From Armatimonadota bacterium (GTDB taxonomy: Bacteria > Armatimonadota > SYMT01), in contig JAWLHY010000011.1 in assembly GCA_041690135.1 (NCBI GenBank), forward strand, positions 96,001-160,000: 64,000 nt of DNA, written 5' to 3'. Made by a program: the position numbers and the translations under genes. The notes under the pieces were generated by a model. That model searched no databases. It was not told where the DNA came from and saw only the letters and a list, made by a program, of their open reading frames with translations. This document shows positions 48,888 through 58,369 of this stretch, in pieces. How positions within the stretch are numbered: position 1 is the first letter of the stretch; each line of letters starts with the position of its first letter.

Positions 48888-51808
48888 GGCTCCAGGCACG
48901 AAGCGGGACCTGGATCGCGGTTTCGGCCCTCTCCACGGCGGTGATCGTCTCCACCGCGCTGGCCGATCGGCCAATGCGCGACAAGCGGACGCCCGCGGCC
49001 CCCAGGGTGGACTTCACCCGGCAGGTGCAGCCGCTCCTCGCGAAGCACTGCCTTGGCTGCCACGGCCCGCAGCGGCAAATGGGAGGCCTGCGCTTCGACA
49101 GCCGGGCCGGCGCCGTCCGCAGCGGCGATTCGGGCCAGCCGGCCATCGTGCCGGGCCACAGCGAGAAAAGCCGCCTGATCCGGCTGGTTACTTCCCGCAC
49201 ACCTGGCGAACGGATGCCTCCGCAGGGCAATCCGCTGACCGAGGGGGAAGTCGCCCTCCTCCGCGCCTGGATCGACCAGGGCGCTCCCTTTGCGGTAACG
49301 GACGGGCAGGCGCCCCCCATGCCCAACGCCCAACGCCCAACGCCCAACGCGGCCTGGTGGTCCTTCCAGTCCCTTGCGCGCGTGCAGCCGCCGCCGGTGC
49401 GCAACAGTGCATGGGTGAAGACGCCCGTGGACCGCTTCATCCTCGCCGCGTTGGAGGAGCAGGGCCTGACGCCGGCGGCTCCCGTGGACCGGCGGAAGCT
49501 GATCCGGCGGGCGTACTTCGACCTGATCGGCCTGCCGCCGAAGCCGGAGGAAATCGAAGCTTTCGTCCGGGATCCCGACCCGAAGGCCTACGAGAAGCTG
49601 GTGGACCGCCTCCTGGACAGCCCGCACTACGGAGAGCGCTGGGGCCGCCACTGGCTGGACGTCGCCCGGTACGCGGACTCCAACGGTCAGGAGGGAGACC
49701 AGGACCGTCCCACCGCCTACCACTACCGCGATTTCGTGATCCGCGCGTTCAACCAGGATCTCCCCTACGACACGTTCGTGCGGTGGCAACTGGCCGGTGA
49801 CGAATACGCCCAGCAGGACTCGGACGCCTACCGCATGGCGATCACCGCGACCGGCTTCATCACTGCCGGGCCCCACACGGTGCTCAACGTGCCGATGGAA
49901 GAGGAGAAGATCCGGAACCGCTTCAACGAGCTGGACGATATGATCTCCACCACCGGCTCCGCGTTCCTGGGCCTCACGGTGGGATGCGCTCGCTGCCACG
50001 ACCACAAGTACGACCCGATTCCGACCCGCGACTACTACCGGATGCTATCCGCGTTCAACGGCGGCGACCGGGCCGAAGTCCCGCTGGTCTCCCCGTCGGA
50101 AGCTGCCAAGTGGCGCCAGGCAGAGCAGGCGTGGAAGACGGAGCTGGAGGCGGCGCAAAAGGAACTAAGCGGTTGGCTGAGCGAGCAAACGAAACCGCTC
50201 GTCCAGCGGGTCCGCGAGGCGAAGATCGATGCCCTGCCGGTGACGCCCGAACAGAAGGCGCTGCTGAAAAGCTCTCCCGAGGACGCCCGCGCCCGAGAGC
50301 TGGCGCGCAAGCACGGCAAGGCGCTCAAGATCGAGGACGCCGACTACCGCCCCTTCCTCACAGATGCCCAGCGTGCCCGGTGGGACACCCTCGCGGCCCG
50401 GGTGAAAGCGGTGGAGTCCCGTCGACCGGCCGCACCCCCGACGGCGCTCGCCATGGCCGACTTCGGCCCCCAGCCCCGCCCGACGCACCTCCTGGACCGC
50501 GGCGACTTCCACCTCAAGAAGGAGCCGGTGGAGCTGGGCTTCCTCTCCGCGCTCACCCGCGGAAAGCCCGCCTCCGCCTATTGGAGCGAAGCCCGCGGCC
50601 AGGGCATCCGGAAGGACACCACCTACCAGCGCCGCGCCCTGGCCGAGTGGATGACGGACATGCAGCACGGAGCCGGCGCTCTGGTCGCGCGGGTGATGGT
50701 CAACCGGGTGTGGCAGCACCACTTCGGCGAAGGCCTGGTCCGCACCATCAACGACTTCGGCCTCCAGGGGGAAGCACCCAGCCATCCGGAGTTGCTGGAA
50801 TACCTGGCCTCGGTGTTTACCGGCACGGGTACGGTTCCCGAAACGCAAGGGAGCAAGAGTCCTGCTGAACCGAGCAGGTACGGTTTTGCGCAACGCAGAG
50901 GGGCCGGGGCGCTTGTTAACCAGAACGGGTACGGTTTGGCGGAACGCAGAGGGGCAAGGGTGAAGGGAGCAGGGGAGTCCCAAACCTCGCGGACCGCAGC
51001 AGGTGCAGGCTCCCGGGGTTCGGATTACGCATTACGCAATACGCAGTACGCATTCGTCCCCAGTCCCCAGCCCCCGACCCCTGGCCCCGCCGAAGGCCTG
51101 GGTTGGTCGATAAAGCGGCTTCACCGCCTCCTCATGACTAGCGCGGTCTACCAGCAGGGGACGGCGTTCGACGCGCGGAAGGCAAAGGTCGACCCGGATA
51201 ACCGGCTGCTTTGGCGGCGGCGCCCGCGGCGGATCGAGGGGGAGATCCTGCGGGACGCGATGCTGGCGGTGAGCGGAAGCCTGGACCCGAAGCTGTACGG
51301 CCCGGCGTTCAAGACGCCGATCCCCCCGGAGGCGATCCAGGCCCGCAACCTGAAAGACCCCTATCCGAAGAACCTCCAGGATGGCCCGGAAAACCACCGG
51401 CGCACGGTCTACATGTTCCACAAGCGCGTTGTCCAGGCGCCCCTGATGCAGGCGTTCGATGGTCCCGACGCCGCCGCGAGCTGCGGTCGGCGCAGCATCA
51501 CCACCGTGGCGCCGCAGGCCCTGGCCCTGCTGAACGAGCCGTTCGTCCGTCTCCGCGCGACCGACTTCGCACGGCGGCTCCGGAAGGAAGCAGGAGCGGA
51601 CCCCGCCATGCAGGTGCGGCTGGCATTCCGCCTGGCACTGGGGCGGGAACCCTCCGAAACGGAGCGGGAGAACTCCCTCCGCTTCCTGGAGCAGCAGACC
51701 CAGCAACGCGCGTCCCGGGAAAAGAATGCGGCCGACGCACCGGAACTGGCCCTGACCGATTTCGCCCAGGTCATTTTCGGCTTGAACGAGTTTATGTACG
51801 TGGACTGA
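48884..51808 (+). CDS. PSCyt1 + PSCyt2 + PSD1 domain protein
   Basis: [59 protein letters not shown]; ATGA overlap with the upstream DUF1501 gene. Confidence 0.92.
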   Translation: MRLQARSGTWIAVSALSTAVIVSTALADRPMRDKRTPAAPRVDFTRQVQPLLAKHCLGCHGPQRQMGGLRFDSRAGAVRSGDSGQPAIVPGHSEKSRLIRLVTSRTPGERMPPQGNPLTEGEVALLRAWIDQGAPFAVTDGQAPPMPNAQRPTPNAAWWSFQSLARVQPPPVRNSAWVKTPVDRFILAALEEQGLTPAAPVDRRKLIRRAYFDLIGLPPKPEEIEAFVRDPDPKAYEKLVDRLLDSPHYGERWGRHWLDVARYADSNGQEGDQDRPTAYHYRDFVIRAFNQDLPYDTFVRWQLAGDEYAQQDSDAYRMAITATGFITAGPHTVLNVPMEEEKIRNRFNELDDMISTTGSAFLGLTVGCARCHDHKYDPIPTRDYYRMLSAFNGGDRAEVPLVSPSEAAKWRQAEQAWKTELEAAQKELSGWLSEQTKPLVQRVREAKIDALPVTPEQKALLKSSPEDARARELARKHGKALKIEDADYRPFLTDAQRARWDTLAARVKAVESRRPAAPPTALAMADFGPQPRPTHLLDRGDFHLKKEPVELGFLSALTRGKPASAYWSEARGQGIRKDTTYQRRALAEWMTDMQHGAGALVARVMVNRVWQHHFGEGLVRTINDFGLQGEAPSHPELLEYLASVFTGTGTVPETQGSKSPAEPSRYGFAQRRGAGALVNQNGYGLAERRGARVKGAGESQTSRTAAGAGSRGSDYALRNTQYAFVPSPQPPTPGPAEGLGWSIKRLHRLLMTSAVYQQGTAFDARKAKVDPDNRLLWRRRPRRIEGEILRDAMLAVSGSLDPKLYGPAFKTPIPPEAIQARNLKDPYPKNLQDGPENHRRTVYMFHKRVVQAPLMQAFDGPDAAASCGRRSITTVAPQALALLNEPFVRLRATDFARRLRKEAGADPAMQVRLAFRLALGREPSETERENSLRFLEQQTQQRASREKNAADAPELALTDFAQVIFGLNEFMYVD
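50819..51100 (+). mobile_element. In-frame insertion element (282-bp segment) within PSD1 domain, copy 3
   Basis: Same site as copies 1 and 2; three GTACGGTT..AACGCA units. Confidence 0.7.
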
Positions 51809-52000
51809 GGCCGGAACCCGGTTGGGCGAGTGAACTCGCGGCTACAAACGGCGAAGCCCGTACGGGCTGGGAATACGTTGAGGCAAGAACTTCCTCGTTT
51901 GGCAGTCAATTTGATCGTGGCAGAAGCTCCTGCAACACGTGCGCGCAATGACCGGGGAGCCGACGCAGGTCGGCTTCGCGTCTTGTAGCCGCGGCTTGAG

Positions 52001-52194
52001 CCGCTTGGGTACCGGAGGCGCCTTCGGGGTTAAGGACCGCCGGGGCCGCCTGGGTACCGCAGGCGCCGTTGGGCCTGTGGACCCTACCGCCCGGGCACCG
52101 CACCGGCCTTTTGGGCCGATGGACCACGGATACCGCTTGGGTAACGCACACGACTAGCGGGCCAAGGACCGGCGGCGCCGTTTGGGCAACGCAC
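52001..52194 (+). repeat. Degenerate ~45-bp tandem repeat (about 5 units)
   Basis: CCG(C/T)(C/T)(C/T)GGG(T/C)A(A/C)CG cores at 52001, 52046, 52087, 52133 and 52178. Confidence 0.55.
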
Positions 52195-52283
52195 CCGTAT
52201 CGATCTGTGGATTCCACACGGTGCGGAACGGATTAGGCATCACGCAATACGCCAATAAGAACGTCTCCGATAAGTAAACTTCC

Positions 52284-53735
52284 ATGAAAGACTTCCATTG
52301 CGGCCGATACCAGCGGGTCAGCAACCGCCGGGACTTCCTGAAGAAAGCCGGCGCCGGGTTCGGGTCCCTCGCACTCGCCGAGCTGCTCTCCTCGGAGGGG
52401 CTTCTCGCCGCGGAGGCGCCGGCATCAGCGGCTGACGCGAAGGGACGGTCTCCCGCCCCCGTCGTCGATCCCCTCGCGCCGCGCCGGCCCCACTTCACCC
52501 CGAAGGCCACGCGGATCATCTGGCTGTTCATGGAGGGAGGACCGAGCGGCGTCGACCTGTTCGATCCGAAGCCGGAGCTGACGAAACGGCACGGACAGAA
52601 GTACGACATCGACGTCTTCTTCGGCAACCCCGGACCGCTTATGCGGTCGCCCTTCTCCTTTCGGCAGTACGGGCAGAGCGGCGCGTGGGTCTGCGACCGC
52701 TACCCGAACGTTGCGAAGCACGTCGACGAGATCGCCTTCATCAAGAGCTGCTACACGGAGTCGAACAACCACGTGCCCGCGCTCTACCAGATGAACACCG
52801 GCATCCCGCGCCCCGGCTTCCCCAGCGCGGGGTCCTGGATCACTTACGGCCTGGGCTCCGAGAGCCGCAACCTGCCCGGCTACGTGGTTCTGGGGAATAG
52901 CCAGGGGGTCAAGGGCGGCTCGCTCATCTGGAGCTCCGGGTTCCTACCGACGGGCTATCAGGGCACCCTCTTCCGGTCGCAGGGGACACCGGTCCTGAAC
53001 CTCACCCGGCCGGACCGGGTGACCCGCGAGGACCAGCGGGCGCAGCTCGACCTGTTGAAGCAGCTCAACGGCGAGCACCTGGCGCAGCACGAGGGAGAAG
53101 CCGACCTGCTGACCCGCATCCAGAGCTTCGAGCTGGCGTTCCGAATGCAACTGGAAGCCACCGGTCTGGTCGACTTCTCCGACGAGTCGGAGGCCACCCG
53201 CACCCTCTACGGGCTCGACCGGGATGTCTCCCGCAACTTCGGGACGAAGTGTCTCATGGCGCGGCGGCTGATCGAGCGCGGGGTCCGGTTCATCCAGGTC
53301 TACAGCGACGGCGAGTGGGACGCCCACGGCAACCTGACCGCGAACCACACCGGCCACTGCGCCGCTACGGACCAGCCGATCCACGGTCTCCTCACCGACC
53401 TTCGCCAGCGGGGGCTGTTGGAGGACACCCTGGTGATCTGGGGCGGCGAGTTTGGGCGGATGCCTGTTTCCCAGGGCGGCGACGGCCGCGACCATAACCC
53501 GCACGGCTTCCTCACCTGGATGGCGGGGGCCGGCATCCGCGGCGGCACGAGTTACGGGGAAACGGACGAGATCGGCTACAAGGCGGCGGTCGACCGCGTG
53601 AGCGTCCACGATCTGCACGCCACGATGCTGCACCTGCTGGGGATCGATCATCAGAGGCTGACCTACTTCCACAACGGCCGCCGCTACCGGCTCACCGACG
53701 TAGCCGGCAATGTGCTCACGAAGATCCTCGCGTGA
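52284..53735 (+). CDS. DUF1501 domain protein
   Basis: NRRDFLKK Tat motif, GGPSGVDLFDPKP, WDAH, GEFGRMP, GRDHNP. Confidence 0.92.
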   Translation: MKDFHCGRYQRVSNRRDFLKKAGAGFGSLALAELLSSEGLLAAEAPASAADAKGRSPAPVVDPLAPRRPHFTPKATRIIWLFMEGGPSGVDLFDPKPELTKRHGQKYDIDVFFGNPGPLMRSPFSFRQYGQSGAWVCDRYPNVAKHVDEIAFIKSCYTESNNHVPALYQMNTGIPRPGFPSAGSWITYGLGSESRNLPGYVVLGNSQGVKGGSLIWSSGFLPTGYQGTLFRSQGTPVLNLTRPDRVTREDQRAQLDLLKQLNGEHLAQHEGEADLLTRIQSFELAFRMQLEATGLVDFSDESEATRTLYGLDRDVSRNFGTKCLMARRLIERGVRFIQVYSDGEWDAHGNLTANHTGHCAATDQPIHGLLTDLRQRGLLEDTLVIWGGEFGRMPVSQGGDGRDHNPHGFLTWMAGAGIRGGTSYGETDEIGYKAAVDRVSVHDLHATMLHLLGIDHQRLTYFHNGRRYRLTDVAGNVLTKILA

Positions 53736-53765
53736 TTTCTCGGGTGCGCTTGAAACTGGCGACTG

Positions 53766-55007
53766 ATGGAGAGTGAACTAGCCCTGTTCGGGGGGAGGCC
53801 GGTCCGGGCGGAGTTTCCCCCGGCACGCCCCCGGCTCACCACGGAAGAAGCGCGGGCGGTCGCGGCCGTGCTCTCGGAATCCGAGTGGAGCCGGGCCGGG
53901 GACGACTGGCCGCTGCCGGCGGTGGATGCCCTGGAGCAGGAGTGGGCGAGCGCTCACGGGGTAGCCCATAGCGTCGCCGTATCCAGCGGGACAGCGGCCC
54001 TGATCCTCGTTCTGCGGGCGCTGCGGATTCCCGCGGGCGACGAGGTGATCGTTCCGGCCTACGGGTGTCCGGCAGTAGACGTGGCGGTGCTCGCGGCAGG
54101 CCTCACGCCGATCCACGCGGACCTCGACCCGGCGACCTACGCCCTCTCGCCGACCGCGGTGGCCGGCGCCGTAACGCCTCGCACGGCCGCGATCGTGGCG
54201 GTGCACTTCGCGGGCCAACCGGCCCATCTGCAGTCCCTCGCCCGCGTGGCCGAGCGGTCCGGAATCGCCCTCGTCGAAGACGCCTGCCTCGCTCCCGGCG
54301 CCGGCTACGAAGGGCGGAACGTGGGAACGTGGGGCCGTGCCGCCGTCTTCAGCCTGGGTGTGCACAAGCCGCTCTCGGCCGGGGAAGGCGGCCTGGTGGC
54401 GACCAACGACTCCGCCCTGGCGGCGGAGGTCCGGAAGCTGCGCAGCCTCGGCGCCGACCCGGAATCCGGCGAGATCGACCATCCCACGGGCAACTACCGG
54501 TTGAGCGCCCTGGCGGCGGCGGCGGCGCTCCCCCAACTGGCGCGCCTGGCAGCCGACTCGCAGCGCCGCAACCTGGCGGTGCGGCAGTTGCTCCTCGCTC
54601 TCCAGGATCAGCCTGCCTGGCAGCCCCTCACTCTCGACCCGCGCGCAACCTGCCCCGCGTGGGCCCAACTCTGGTTCCGCTGGAATCAACTGGCCACGGG
54701 CGTCCCGCGGGAACGGATCGTGGAAGTGGTGCGTGCCGAGGGGATCCCGCTCCACGTCGGGTGGTCGCTCCCCAACTACAGCCACTCCATGTACACGCCG
54801 GCGCACGCCTCCGAGTGGCTGCGCGCCCGCAACTCCGGCCGCGACCCGGACCACTACCTCCACACCTGCTGCCCCCATGCGGAGCGCGCCGCTTTCGAGG
54901 AAGCCCTGCTGCTCGATTTCCCATTGCTCAACGCCGATGCAGAGGCACTGGCGGACGCCGCTGCCGCCCTCCGGAAGGTGGGGGAGAACCTGGAGCGACT
55001 TCGTTGA
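53766..55007 (+). CDS. DegT/DnrJ/EryC1/StrS family PLP-dependent aminotransferase
   Basis: LALFGG.P, SSGTAAL, GDEVIVP, VHFAG, VEDAC, FS....KPLSAGEGG, GNYRL. Confidence 0.85.
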   Translation: MESELALFGGRPVRAEFPPARPRLTTEEARAVAAVLSESEWSRAGDDWPLPAVDALEQEWASAHGVAHSVAVSSGTAALILVLRALRIPAGDEVIVPAYGCPAVDVAVLAAGLTPIHADLDPATYALSPTAVAGAVTPRTAAIVAVHFAGQPAHLQSLARVAERSGIALVEDACLAPGAGYEGRNVGTWGRAAVFSLGVHKPLSAGEGGLVATNDSALAAEVRKLRSLGADPESGEIDHPTGNYRLSALAAAAALPQLARLAADSQRRNLAVRQLLLALQDQPAWQPLTLDPRATCPAWAQLWFRWNQLATGVPRERIVEVVRAEGIPLHVGWSLPNYSHSMYTPAHASEWLRARNSGRDPDHYLHTCCPHAERAAFEEALLLDFPLLNADAEALADAAAALRKVGENLERLR

Positions 55008-55147
55008 AGTGAGGGGTTGGGGGTCAGGGGTTAGGGGTCGGGAGTCGGGGGTTAGGGGCAGAGATAAGGGATTAAGGTGGAGGATTGGGAGTCGGGGACT
55101 GGGAGCGGGTGCGTAAACATTGACGTCCACCGTGCCCAGGTTCCCTA

Positions 55148-55708
55148 CCTCACCCCTGGCCCCTCTCCCACGCTGCGGGAGAGGGGAATCCGGTGCTCAA
55201 GACAAGGCAAAGCTACCGTTGGCAGCAATCACTCCCTAGGCGTCATTGTTATGAATTACTGCCCATGTACCACATCACCTGGTTGCTCGGTCTGTTCATA
55301 CGAATGTGCCAGTAGATGTGCTTCGATGCGCGCCAGAACACTGTCAAGGTCGTTCTGCACTTCAGAGTTTCCGAAGCGCAAGACTGTCAGACCAAACCCG
55401 GAAAGTGTCTGTTCTCGTAGGGCATCTCGTTCGCGTTGCTCGGGTTCCAGGTGGACCGCGCCATCAAGTTCCACTACGAGGCGGGCGTCGTCGCAGAAGA
55501 AATCGACGACGAACTGACCGATGCACGAGTGCACATGTACTTCGGCTACGTTCTCCCATTTTCCACTTCGTAGGACAGCGGTAGAGGCTTCCGCAATGTC
55601 CATGCTTGGCGCAGGCATGAACCACTGCCGCCAAGCCGGGAAAACCTCCTCACCTTGAACACGAGACTCCCCTCTCCCGCAGCGTGGGAGAGGGGGAAGG
55701 GGGTGAGG
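55148..55708. mobile_element. Inverted-repeat-bounded cassette carrying a DUF559 nuclease remnant
   Basis: 55148-55187 (CCTCACCCCTGGCCCCTCTCCCACGCTGCGGGAGAGGGGA) is nearly the reverse complement of 55668-55708; each repeat is itself a hairpin. Confidence 0.7.
55256..55618 (-). pseudogene. DUF559 (Vsr-like PD-(D/E)xK) endonuclease with a degenerate N-terminus
   Basis: IGQFVVDFFC...LVVELDGAVH...RD..R...L...G..VLRF.N; the typical MTxAExxLW..LR...FRRQ segment is eroded. Confidence 0.7.
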
Positions 55709-55920
55709 GCCGAGCGGCCGCTCCCCCTTCGCTCTATTCGCGCAATTCGCGGATCGCTTGGCCCTCTCGCGGAGCCGAGTTGCAACCCGGGTGCTCGCTT
55801 ATTGTTGGAGGGGATAAGTTGAGTCCGACAAACGCAACATAGGCCCCACAGGTTCGCCTGAAGAGATTGGGGGTGTCCGGGGGACAATTAATGCGGACCG
55901 GACGAAGGGGAACGGCCCGT

Positions 55921-58248
55921 ATGATCCCCCAGCAAAGAAACAAACAACTCAACGCTGCACGATGGCTCGTAGGCACCCTCCTCTCCCTGGTGGTTGGGGC
56001 GGCACCCCCCGCGCACGCCCAGGCCCCGGCGCCCGCCGCCATGCCGCCGGCCGTGGCCCCCATGTTGAACCCGGGCGCGGTGGTGCGGCGCGTGGTGTTG
56101 AAGGATGCCGCTTCCGCGGAGCAGTTCCGCCTCAAGCTGGAGCAGATGAAGGCGAACGGCCTCTTCCGCGACCAGTTGACCCAGTTCGACCCCAAGAAGC
56201 CCGTCCTCATCGAGATTTCGTTCCTCACCAGCGGCAACTACCTGCTGGTGGTCGGCAGTAAGGATTGGGTCGAAGCCAACATCGAGTCGATCCGGCTGAT
56301 GGGTTACCTCTACGAGCGGCCTCGCGCGCACCTGCAGCTCAGCCTGCGGGTGGTGCAGCTCACCGGGCCGGCCAACGCGGATGTGATCCAGATGTCGGAG
56401 ACGGTGCGGGCCCTGGTCGACGCGCAGCGCGAGGAGATCGTCCGGACCTTCGGTGACCTGCAGAACTACCTGGTCGAGCGCTTCCGCCAGCGGGCCGGCA
56501 CCGAGCGGCACGTATTCGAGGCGGTGAAGAGCCTGCTCCCCGGCCTGGGTCTGGAAGACCGGCCGCTCACCGTTCCCGAGATCCTACTCCTGATGATGCT
56601 GGACCGCACTTCGCCGGCCCCCCAGGTGCGCGCGGGCGCCGGGGACGCCGGATCGGCAACGGAGGCGGCCTTCCTCGACCTGCAGCAGGTGCTGGCCCTG
56701 GGGCTCCGCGATCCGCACACCACGGATGAAGCGATCGCCAAGAATGCCCAGGAATCCCTGGCCGGCTGGAAGAAGGCCGTGGCCGCGGCGCGGGATTGGA
56801 GCGCCCACTATGCCGAGCAGGTGAAGAAGGAGAAGGACAAGGACGACAAGCAAGGGATCGGCGGCGGGCTGGGCGCTTTCCGTGAGGCCCTGCAGAGCCC
56901 CGATAATCCGCTGCCGGTGTGGTTGTCCCGGCGGCTGCAGCGCTCCTTCGAGCTGACCGAGCGCCTCTACCCCAGCCTCCTTCGCCGGCACACGGAGCAG
57001 ACCCTGCAGGAGTTGCAGCGGCGGTTCGCCGCGGCGTACGAGCGAGCCGAAGCGCTGGAGAAGGCGCTGGTTACCGGCGAGATGCCCCCGATGCCGGAGC
57101 CGAAAAAGAAGGGGGAGGCCGTGCCCGCTCCGCCGGAAGGCCGGGTGCGCCGGGTGCTGGTGGCCCTGAAGTCGCTCGCGGAGGAGATGGTCCCCGCTCC
57201 CCTGGCGGTGTTCGAGTCCGTGGCGCAGGTCGCCGACAACTCCGCGCCCACCGCGCAGCAGTTGATCCAGATGTTCACGGATTACGGCGTGGAGCGCAAG
57301 AAACTGGAGATGCGCCTGGCCGGTGCGGACCAGACGACCTCTCCCAAGGTGAACTACGCGCGGCTGCAGAGCCTGGAAGCCGGCCTCAACCTCTGGCTGC
57401 GACGGGTGAGCGAGTCGATGGCCCGCGCCCTGGAGCAGCAGTTCTACAGCCGGTACGTGAACGAGCTCCGCCTCCTGGCCAACAAGCAGCTCGGCAAGAG
57501 CTCCAGCCGCGACCTCCTGATGGAAACCGCGATCGACGAGATTCCGGACGTTACGCGGGATCTCGTGCTGGCGGATTCCGGGGTCAACATCTTCCTGTCC
57601 AACAGCATCTCGCTCCAGTTCGCTCCGGAGACCACCAACAGCGTCTCCGCGCAGGTGCAGTCCCCGCTGCCTTCCAAGCAGAGCCTGCTGGAGCGCCTCC
57701 AGCAGGCCCAGGCCGCCTCCAGCGCCGTGAATGCTCTCAGCACGCAGTTCGGCATCAACGGCGAAGGGATCATCAAGTCGCTGCTGGCCGGGGGCCAGGC
57801 AGTCCCCGTGCAGGGCGGCATCAGCCTTTCCGCAAGTCCCAGCATCGGCTTCGATGCAAGCACCGTCACGCTTTCACTGACGGCCAACCAGACCCTCGAG
57901 CCCAACAATGCCAAGGTGGCCGACCGGGTCACCAACCACAGCATCAACAACGCGACCATCACGGCGCTCTCCTACGAGCCGATGGTCCTCTCCACCCTCG
58001 CCAGCAACGTCAGCTTCTTCGAAACGAGCGGGGGCATTCCCATCCTCCGCAAGACCCCTGTGCTCAAGGAGCTGCTCAAGGACCTCCCCGGACCGCTCAA
58101 AGAGAAGAAGCGGCAGAAGGGGGTCTACCAGAGCAGCGTCATCATCCTGGAGCCGGTGGTCATCCCCACCATCGAAGATCTCATCCGGTTCCACGGCGGC
58201 TGGCAGATGGCCGCGCTGACGGCGGACGAGTCCGAACTGGACAAGTAG
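55921..58248 (+). CDS. Hypothetical secreted protein with a secretin-like C-terminus
   Basis: Signal peptide ending AHA; C-terminal GGIPILRKTPVLKELL...SSVIILEPVVI resembles the secretin GVPxLxxIPxLGxLF...P motif. Confidence 0.55.
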   Translation: MIPQQRNKQLNAARWLVGTLLSLVVGAAPPAHAQAPAPAAMPPAVAPMLNPGAVVRRVVLKDAASAEQFRLKLEQMKANGLFRDQLTQFDPKKPVLIEISFLTSGNYLLVVGSKDWVEANIESIRLMGYLYERPRAHLQLSLRVVQLTGPANADVIQMSETVRALVDAQREEIVRTFGDLQNYLVERFRQRAGTERHVFEAVKSLLPGLGLEDRPLTVPEILLLMMLDRTSPAPQVRAGAGDAGSATEAAFLDLQQVLALGLRDPHTTDEAIAKNAQESLAGWKKAVAAARDWSAHYAEQVKKEKDKDDKQGIGGGLGAFREALQSPDNPLPVWLSRRLQRSFELTERLYPSLLRRHTEQTLQELQRRFAAAYERAEALEKALVTGEMPPMPEPKKKGEAVPAPPEGRVRRVLVALKSLAEEMVPAPLAVFESVAQVADNSAPTAQQLIQMFTDYGVERKKLEMRLAGADQTTSPKVNYARLQSLEAGLNLWLRRVSESMARALEQQFYSRYVNELRLLANKQLGKSSSRDLLMETAIDEIPDVTRDLVLADSGVNIFLSNSISLQFAPETTNSVSAQVQSPLPSKQSLLERLQQAQAASSAVNALSTQFGINGEGIIKSLLAGGQAVPVQGGISLSASPSIGFDASTVTLSLTANQTLEPNNAKVADRVTNHSINNATITALSYEPMVLSTLASNVSFFETSGGIPILRKTPVLKELLKDLPGPLKEKKRQKGVYQSSVIILEPVVIPTIEDLIRFHGGWQMAALTADESELDK

Positions 58249-58369
58249 TCCCGAACCGCCTGCTCACTCGTTCCGTCATGGGGGCTGTAGGACACCGCGA
58301 AGCGAGCGGTGCACAGTTTTCGAGTGGGGAAGAGACCCCCTCGCACGCCTTCAGCTACGGGAGAGACCG

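Noticed and set aside
40244-51100. Intein or group I/II intron as the identity of the PSD1 inserts
   Set aside because: There is no C-terminal His-Asn followed by Cys/Ser/Thr, no GUGYG start or domain V, and the inserts are short and low-complexity; non-canonical processing is not excluded.
52001-52194. Mini-CRISPR
   Set aside because: The units are degenerate along their whole length and the spacers are too short.
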